The translations under genes and the position numbers were made by a program. From IMG/VR virus record IMGVR_UViG_2734482585_000012: a stretch of DNA of 40,561 bases. One strand, 5' to 3'. Below are positions 35,176 through 40,561 of this stretch, piece by piece. The DNA comes from a virus (Duplodnaviria; Heunggongvirae; Uroviricota; Caudoviricetes). The stretch's first letter is position 1. Each line of letters opens with the position of its first letter. The notes under the pieces were generated by a model, which ran no database searches, was not told the DNA's origin, and saw nothing but the letters and a program-made list of their open reading frames with translations.

Positions 35176-37776
35176 ATGAGCACAAAACCACTCTTCCTGT
35201 TACGGAAAGCGAAAAAATCATCCGGTGAACCTGACGTCGTCCTGTGGGCAAGCAACGATTTTGAATCGACCTGTGCCACTCTGGACTACCTGATCGTTAA
35301 GTCAGGTAAAAAACTGAGCAGCTATTTTAAAGCTGTTGCCACGAATTTTCCTGTCGTTAATGACCTGCCCGCTGAAGGTGAGATCGATTTTACCTGGAGT
35401 GAACGCTATCAACTCAGCAAAGACTCCATGACATGGGAACTAAAACCGGGAGCAGCACCAGACAACGCTCACTATCAAGGCAATACCAACGTCAACGGCG
35501 AAGACATGACTGAGATTGAGGAGAATATGCTACTCCCAATTTCTGGCCAGGAACTGCCCATTCGTTGGCTTGCTCAACACGGCAGCGAAAAACCGGTAAC
35601 GCACGTTTCACGCGACGGACTCCAGGCATTACACATTGCTCGGGCTGAAGAACTACCGGCTGTTACTGCCCTGGCTGTTTCCCACAAAACCAGCCTGCTC
35701 GACCCGCTGGAAATTCGCGAACTCCACAAACTGGTTCGTGACACTGACAAAGTTTTCCCTAATCCTGGTAATTCAAACCTGGGACTGATAACTGCTTTTT
35801 TCGAAGCATACCTGAACGCTGACTACACCGATCGAGGACTGCTGACAAAAGAGTGGATGAAGGGTAATCGTGTTTCACACATCACTCGCACGGCTTCCGG
35901 TGCTAATGCTGGCGGCGGAAACCTCACCGATCGCGGCGAAGGTTTCGTACACGATCTGACGTCACTGGCGCGGGACGTAGCCACTGGCGTACTGGCCCGT
36001 TCAATGGATCTGGACATCTATAACCTTCATCCGGCACACGCTAAACGCATTGAGGAAATTATCGCTGAAAATAAACCGCCCTTTTCTGTTTTCCGCGACA
36101 AATTCATCACCATGCCTGGCGGGCTGGATTATTCCCGCGCCATCGTGGTTGCGTCCGTAAAAGAAGCACCAATTGGGATCGAGGTCATCCCCGCGCACGT
36201 CACTGAATATCTGAACAAAGTACTGACTGAAACCGATCATGCCAACCCTGATCCGGAAATCGTGGATATTGCCTGCGGTCGCTCCTCTGCCCCGATGCCG
36301 CAGCGAGTAACAGAAGAAGGAAAACAGGATGATGAAGAAAAACCGCAACCATCTGGAACAACGGCAGTTGAACAGGGAGAGGCTGAAACAATGGAACCGG
36401 ACGCAACTGAACATCATCAGGACACGCAGCCGCTGGATGCTCAGTCACAGGTAAATTCTGTTGATGCGAAATATCAGGAACTGCGGGCAGAACTCCATGA
36501 AGCCCGGAAAAACATTCCATCAAAAAATCCTGTCGATGCCGATAAATTGCTTGCTGCATCACGTGGTGAATTTGTTGACGGAATTAGCGACCCGAACGAT
36601 CCGAAATGGGTAAAGGGGATCCAGACTCGCGATTGTGTGTACCAGAACCAGCCAGAAACGGAAAAAACCAGCCCGGATATGAATCAACCTGAGCCAGTAG
36701 TGCAACAGGAACCGGAAATAGCCTGCAATGCCTGCGGCCAGACTGGCGGGGATAACTGCCCTGACTGTGGTGCGGTGATGGGCGACGCAACATACCAGGA
36801 AACATTCGATGAAGAGAGTCAGGTTGAAGCTAAGGAAAATGATCCGGAGGAAATGGAAGGCGCTGAACATCCGCACAATGAGAATGCTGGCAGCGATCCG
36901 CATCGCGATTGCAGTGATGAAACTGGCGAAGTCGCAGATCCCGTAATCGTAGAAGACATAGAGCCAGGTATTTATTACGGAATTTCGAATGAGAATTACC
37001 ACGCGGGTCCCGGTGTCAGTAAGTCTCAGCTCGATGACATTGCTGATACTCCGGCACTGTATTTGTGGCGTAAAAATGCCCCCGTGGACACCACAAAGAC
37101 AAAAACGCTCGATTTAGGAACCGCTTTCCACTGCCGGGTACTTGAGCCGGAAGAATTCAGTAACCGCTTTATCGTAGCACCTGAATTTAACCGCCGGACA
37201 AACTCCGGAAAAGAAGAAGAGAAAGCGTTTCTGAGGGAATGCGCAAGCACAGGAAAAACGGTTATCACTGCCGAAGAAGGCCGGAAAATTGAACTCATGT
37301 ATCAGAGCGTTATGGCTTTGCCGCTGGGGCAATGGCTTGTTGAAAGCGCCGGACACGCTGAATCATCAATTTACTGGGAAGATCCTGAAACAGCAATTTT
37401 GTGTCGGTGCCGTCCGGACAAAATTATCCCTGAATTTCACTGGATCATGGACGTGAAAACTACGGCGGATATTCAACGATTCAAAACCGCTTATTACGAC
37501 TACCGCTATCACGTTCAGGATGCATTCTACAGTGACGGTTATGAAGCACAGTTTGGAGTGCAGCCAACTTTCGTTTTTCTGGTTGCCAGCACAACTATTG
37601 AATGCGGACGTTATCCGGTTGAAATTTTCATGATGGGCGAAGAAGCAAAACTGGCAGGTCAGCTGGAATATCACCGCAATCTGCGAACCCTGGCTGACTG
37701 CCTCAATACCGATGAATGGCCAGCTATTAAGACGTTATCACTGCCCCGCTGGGCTAAGGAATATGCAAATGACTAA
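35176..37776 (+). CDS. recE: Exodeoxyribonuclease VIII (RecE)
   Basis: 866 aa, same length as K-12 RecE; C-terminal nuclease region; immediately precedes recT with overlapping start. Confidence 0.9.
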   Translation: MSTKPLFLLRKAKKSSGEPDVVLWASNDFESTCATLDYLIVKSGKKLSSYFKAVATNFPVVNDLPAEGEIDFTWSERYQLSKDSMTWELKPGAAPDNAHYQGNTNVNGEDMTEIEENMLLPISGQELPIRWLAQHGSEKPVTHVSRDGLQALHIARAEELPAVTALAVSHKTSLLDPLEIRELHKLVRDTDKVFPNPGNSNLGLITAFFEAYLNADYTDRGLLTKEWMKGNRVSHITRTASGANAGGGNLTDRGEGFVHDLTSLARDVATGVLARSMDLDIYNLHPAHAKRIEEIIAENKPPFSVFRDKFITMPGGLDYSRAIVVASVKEAPIGIEVIPAHVTEYLNKVLTETDHANPDPEIVDIACGRSSAPMPQRVTEEGKQDDEEKPQPSGTTAVEQGEAETMEPDATEHHQDTQPLDAQSQVNSVDAKYQELRAELHEARKNIPSKNPVDADKLLAASRGEFVDGISDPNDPKWVKGIQTRDCVYQNQPETEKTSPDMNQPEPVVQQEPEIACNACGQTGGDNCPDCGAVMGDATYQETFDEESQVEAKENDPEEMEGAEHPHNENAGSDPHRDCSDETGEVADPVIVEDIEPGIYYGISNENYHAGPGVSKSQLDDIADTPALYLWRKNAPVDTTKTKTLDLGTAFHCRVLEPEEFSNRFIVAPEFNRRTNSGKEEEKAFLRECASTGKTVITAEEGRKIELMYQSVMALPLGQWLVESAGHAESSIYWEDPETAILCRCRPDKIIPEFHWIMDVKTTADIQRFKTAYYDYRYHVQDAFYSDGYEAQFGVQPTFVFLVASTTIECGRYPVEIFMMGEEAKLAGQLEYHRNLRTLADCLNTDEWPAIKTLSLPRWAKEYAND

Positions 37777-38578
37777 GCAACCACCAATCGCAAAAGCCGA
37801 TCTGCAAAAAACTCAGGGAAACCGTGCACCAGCAGCAATTAAAAATAACGACGTGATTAGTTTTATTAACCAGCCATCAATGAAAGAGCAACTGGCAGCA
37901 GCTCTTCCACGCCATATGACGGCTGAACGTATGATCCGTATCGCCACCACAGAAATTCGTAAAGTTCCGGCGTTAGGAAACTGTGACACTATGAGTTTTG
38001 TCAGTGCAATCGTACAGTGTTCACAGCTCGGACTTGAGCCCGGTAGCGCCCTCGGTCATGCATATTTACTGCCTTTTGGTAATAAAAACGAAAAGAGCGG
38101 TAAAAAAAACGTTCAGCTAATCATTGGCTATCGCGGCATGATTGATCTGGCTCGCCGTTCAGGTCAAATCGCCAGCCTGTCAGCCCGTGTTGTCCGTGAA
38201 GGTGACGAGTTTAATTTCGAATTTGGCCTTGATGAAAAGTTAATACACCGCCCAGGAGAAAACGAAGATGCCCCTGTTACCCACGTCTATGCTGTCGCAA
38301 GACTGAAAGACGGAGGTACTCAGTTTGAAGTTATGACGCGCAAACAGATTGAGCTGGTGCGCAGCCAGAGTAAAGCTGGTAATAACGGGCCGTGGGTAAC
38401 TCACTGGGAAGAAATGGCAAAGAAAACGGCTATTCGTCGCCTGTTCAAATATCTGCCCGTATCAATTGAGATCCAGCGTGCAGTATCAATGGATGAAAAG
38501 GAACCACTGACAATCGATCCTGCAGATTCCTCTGTATTAACCGGGGAATACAGTGTAATCGATAATTCAGAGGAATAA
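37769..38578 (+). CDS. recT: Single-strand annealing recombinase RecT
   Basis: 269 aa from [14 protein letters not shown]…; recognised as RecT; start overlaps recE stop. Confidence 0.9.
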   Translation: MTKQPPIAKADLQKTQGNRAPAAIKNNDVISFINQPSMKEQLAAALPRHMTAERMIRIATTEIRKVPALGNCDTMSFVSAIVQCSQLGLEPGSALGHAYLLPFGNKNEKSGKKNVQLIIGYRGMIDLARRSGQIASLSARVVREGDEFNFEFGLDEKLIHRPGENEDAPVTHVYAVARLKDGGTQFEVMTRKQIELVRSQSKAGNNGPWVTHWEEMAKKTAIRRLFKYLPVSIEIQRAVSMDEKEPLTIDPADSSVLTGEYSVIDNSEE

Positions 38579-38633
38579 TTCAGCCTGGCGGTGTAATGCA
38601 CCGCCAACTTGAAATATTTTTATGAGAAAAATT

Positions 38634-38783
38634 ATGAGATATGACAATGTTAAACCATGTCCATTTTGTGGTTGTCCATCAGTAACGGTGAAAGCCATTT
38701 CAGGATATTACCGAGCGAAGTGTAACGGATGCGAATCCCGAACCGGTTATGGTGGAAGTGAAAAAGAAGCACTCGAACGATGA
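38634..38783 (+). CDS. ralR: Restriction alleviation protein RalR/Lar-like (49-aa ORF ending at TGA)
   Basis: MRYDNVKPCPFCGCPSVTVKAISGYYRAKCNGCESRTGYGGSEKEALER; Cys4 zinc-ribbon; coordinates approximate (my reading of this line conflicts by 1 nt with the ORF track). Confidence 0.5.
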   Translation: MRYDNVKPCPFCGCPSVTVKAISGYYRAKCNGCESRTGYGGSEKEALER

Positions 38784-38820
38784 AATAAACGAACCACTGG
38801 AAATAATAATGGAGGTGTTC

Positions 38821-39009
38821 ATGTATAAAATTACCGCCACTATTGAAAAGGAAGGTGGCACTCCTACTAACTGGACAAGATATTCAAAATCTAAACTAAC
38901 GAAATCAGAATGCGAAAAAATGCTCTCAGGTAAAAAAGAAGCAGGCGTTTCCAGAGAGCAGAAAGTAAAACTGATAAATTTTAATTGCGAGAAACTTCAG
39001 TCCTCGTGA
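38821..39009 (+). CDS. ydaC: YdaC-like small protein
   Basis: 62 aa from MYKITATIEKEGG… with SD GGAGGTG; within ORF 38749..39009. Confidence 0.5.
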   Translation: MYKITATIEKEGGTPTNWTRYSKSKLTKSECEKMLSGKKEAGVSREQKVKLINFNCEKLQSS

Positions 39010-39108
39010 ATTGCATTGTATTCAAATTAAAACTTCATAGCTGATTATTAATAATCAACATCGGGCGTCAATTTAAGTCTAACATTGGCGCCTGCCAGAG
39101 GTGATGCG

Positions 39109-39324
39109 ATGGCACAAGTAATCTTTAATGAAGAGTGGATGGTTGAATACGGCCTGATGCTTCGCACTGGTCTGGGGGCCAGACAAATTGAAGCATACCG
39201 CCAGAACTGTTGGGTGGAAGGCTTCCACTTCAAACGAGTATCTCCTTTAGGGAAGCCAGACAGTAAGCGAGGGATTATCTGGTATAACTATCCAAAGATA
39301 AATCAGTTTATCAAAGACTCATGA
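39109..39324 (+). CDS. xisR: Excisionase (XisR/YdaQ-like)
   Basis: 71 aa from [15 protein letters not shown]… with SD GAGGTG; directly upstream of integrase. Confidence 0.7.
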   Translation: MAQVIFNEEWMVEYGLMLRTGLGARQIEAYRQNCWVEGFHFKRVSPLGKPDSKRGIIWYNYPKINQFIKDS

Positions 39325-39325
39325 T

Positions 39326-40561
39326 ATGTCTAAATTACCAACAGGTGTCGAGATTCGAGGTAAATACATTCGCATCTGGTTCATGTTTCGAGGAAAACGA
39401 TGTCGGGAAACATTGAAAGGCTGGGAGGTTACTAACAGTAACATTAAAAAAGCCGGGAATTTAAGAGCGTTGATAGTTCATGAAATCAATTCCGGTGAGT
39501 TTGAGTATTTAAGACGTTTTCCCCAGTCCAGCACTGGGGCAAAAATGGTGACAACGAGGGTCATAAAAACGTTCGGGGAGCTTTGTGATATCTGGACAAA
39601 AATTAAAGAAACAGAGTTAACAACAAACACAATGAAGAAAACGAAATCACAATTAAAAACACTCAGGATAATAATTTGTGAGAGTACTCCGATATCGCAT
39701 ATTCGTTATAGCGATATCTTAAACTACCGGAATGAACTGCTGCATGGAGAAACGCTTTACCTGGATAATCCAAGATCCAACAAAAAAGGAAGAACCGTGC
39801 GCACAGTTGATAACTATATCGCCCTGCTCTGTTCGTTGTTACGTTTTGCGTATCAGTCGGGATTTATATCAACCAAACCATTTGAAGGAGTAAAGAAATT
39901 ACAGAGAAACAGAATAAAGCCTGACCCGTTATCTAAAACAGAATTCAATGCATTAATGGAAAGTGAAAAAGGACAGAGCCAGAACTTGTGGAAATTTGCC
40001 GTATACTCCGGGCTTCGTCACGGGGAACTGGCTGCTCTGGCGTGGGAGGATGTGGATTTCGAGAAGGGAGTTGTGAATGTCAGAAGAAACCTGACGATAC
40101 TGGATATGTTCGGTCCCCCAAAAACAAATGCGGGGATCCGGACGGTAACACTACTGCAGCCTGCTCTTGAAGCACTGAAGGAGCAATACAAACTGACCGG
40201 GCATCATCGCAAAAGCGAAATCACTTTTTATCATCGGGAGTACGGCAGAACCGAAAAGCAAAAACTGCATTTTGTTTTCATGCCCAGAGTGTGTAACGGA
40301 AAACAGAAACCTTATTACTCGGTAAGCAGTTTGGGTGCGAGATGGAATGCAGCAGTAAAACGTGCTGGTATTCGCCGCCGTAATCCGTACCATACGCGGC
40401 ATACTTTTGCCTGCTGGCTGTTGACGGCAGGAGCGAACCCGGCGTTTATAGCCAGCCAGATGGGGCATGAAACTGCGCAGATGGTGTATGAAATTTACGG
40501 TATGTGGATTGATGACATGAACGACGAACAGGTAGCCATGTTGAATGCGCGGTTATCGTAG
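39326..40561 (+). CDS. intR: Tyrosine integrase IntR
   Basis: 411 aa; C-terminal catalytic region …RHGELAALAWEDVD…HTRHTFACWLL…; stop at the window end, so att site lies beyond the window. Confidence 0.9.
   Translation: MSKLPTGVEIRGKYIRIWFMFRGKRCRETLKGWEVTNSNIKKAGNLRALIVHEINSGEFEYLRRFPQSSTGAKMVTTRVIKTFGELCDIWTKIKETELTTNTMKKTKSQLKTLRIIICESTPISHIRYSDILNYRNELLHGETLYLDNPRSNKKGRTVRTVDNYIALLCSLLRFAYQSGFISTKPFEGVKKLQRNRIKPDPLSKTEFNALMESEKGQSQNLWKFAVYSGLRHGELAALAWEDVDFEKGVVNVRRNLTILDMFGPPKTNAGIRTVTLLQPALEALKEQYKLTGHHRKSEITFYHREYGRTEKQKLHFVFMPRVCNGKQKPYYSVSSLGARWNAAVKRAGIRRRNPYHTRHTFACWLLTAGANPAFIASQMGHETAQMVYEIYGMWIDDMNDEQVAMLNARLS

Noticed and set aside
36001-37674. Minus-strand ORFs (36001..36417, 36200..36562, 36559..37002, 37026..37298, 37366..37674) inside recE
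   Set aside because: Antisense to the 866-aa recE frame; no SD; composition typical of antisense frames of a GC-biased gene.
1-40561. CRISPR arrays, IS elements or attachment-site direct repeats
   Set aside because: No regularly spaced direct repeats, no transposase-like ORFs and no terminal inverted repeats seen; the integrase stop coincides with the window end, so att sites lie outside.

Overview
The window is the interior of a Rac-like lambdoid prophage from an Escherichia/Enterobacteriaceae host, in the opposite orientation to E. coli K-12 Rac. All homology statements are my own recognition of the translated ORFs; no searches or alignments were run. Left to right: lambda-like tail tip genes (J start, I, K, L, M, tape measure), a tail chaperone with a programmed -1 frameshift, tail tube, head-tail joining genes, capsid, scaffold, portal and terminase, all on the minus strand. 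Then a cargo block (GT-A-like protein, ParB-like nuclease, AT-rich trkG), the lysis cassette (pinholin start, SAR endolysin, Rz/Rz1), two TolA-domain-III-like lipoproteins, Q antiterminator with tR', and a nin-like region carrying AT-rich morons. The right part holds replication genes (ydaU/ydaV-like), the racR/ydaS/ydaT immunity module, sieB, and the plus-strand early operon kilR-ydaE-racC-recE-recT-ralR-ydaC-xis-intR. The most interesting candidate for an undescribed system is an unrecognised AT-rich two-gene cassette at 26626..28665 in the nin-like hotspot. Two N runs (652-914, 20893-21142) are assembly gaps that truncate I/K and holin/endolysin. Unlike K-12 Rac, the morphogenesis genes look intact. 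Gene starts were refined from the ORF track by internal Met plus Shine-Dalgarno; individual coordinates may be off by a few nt.
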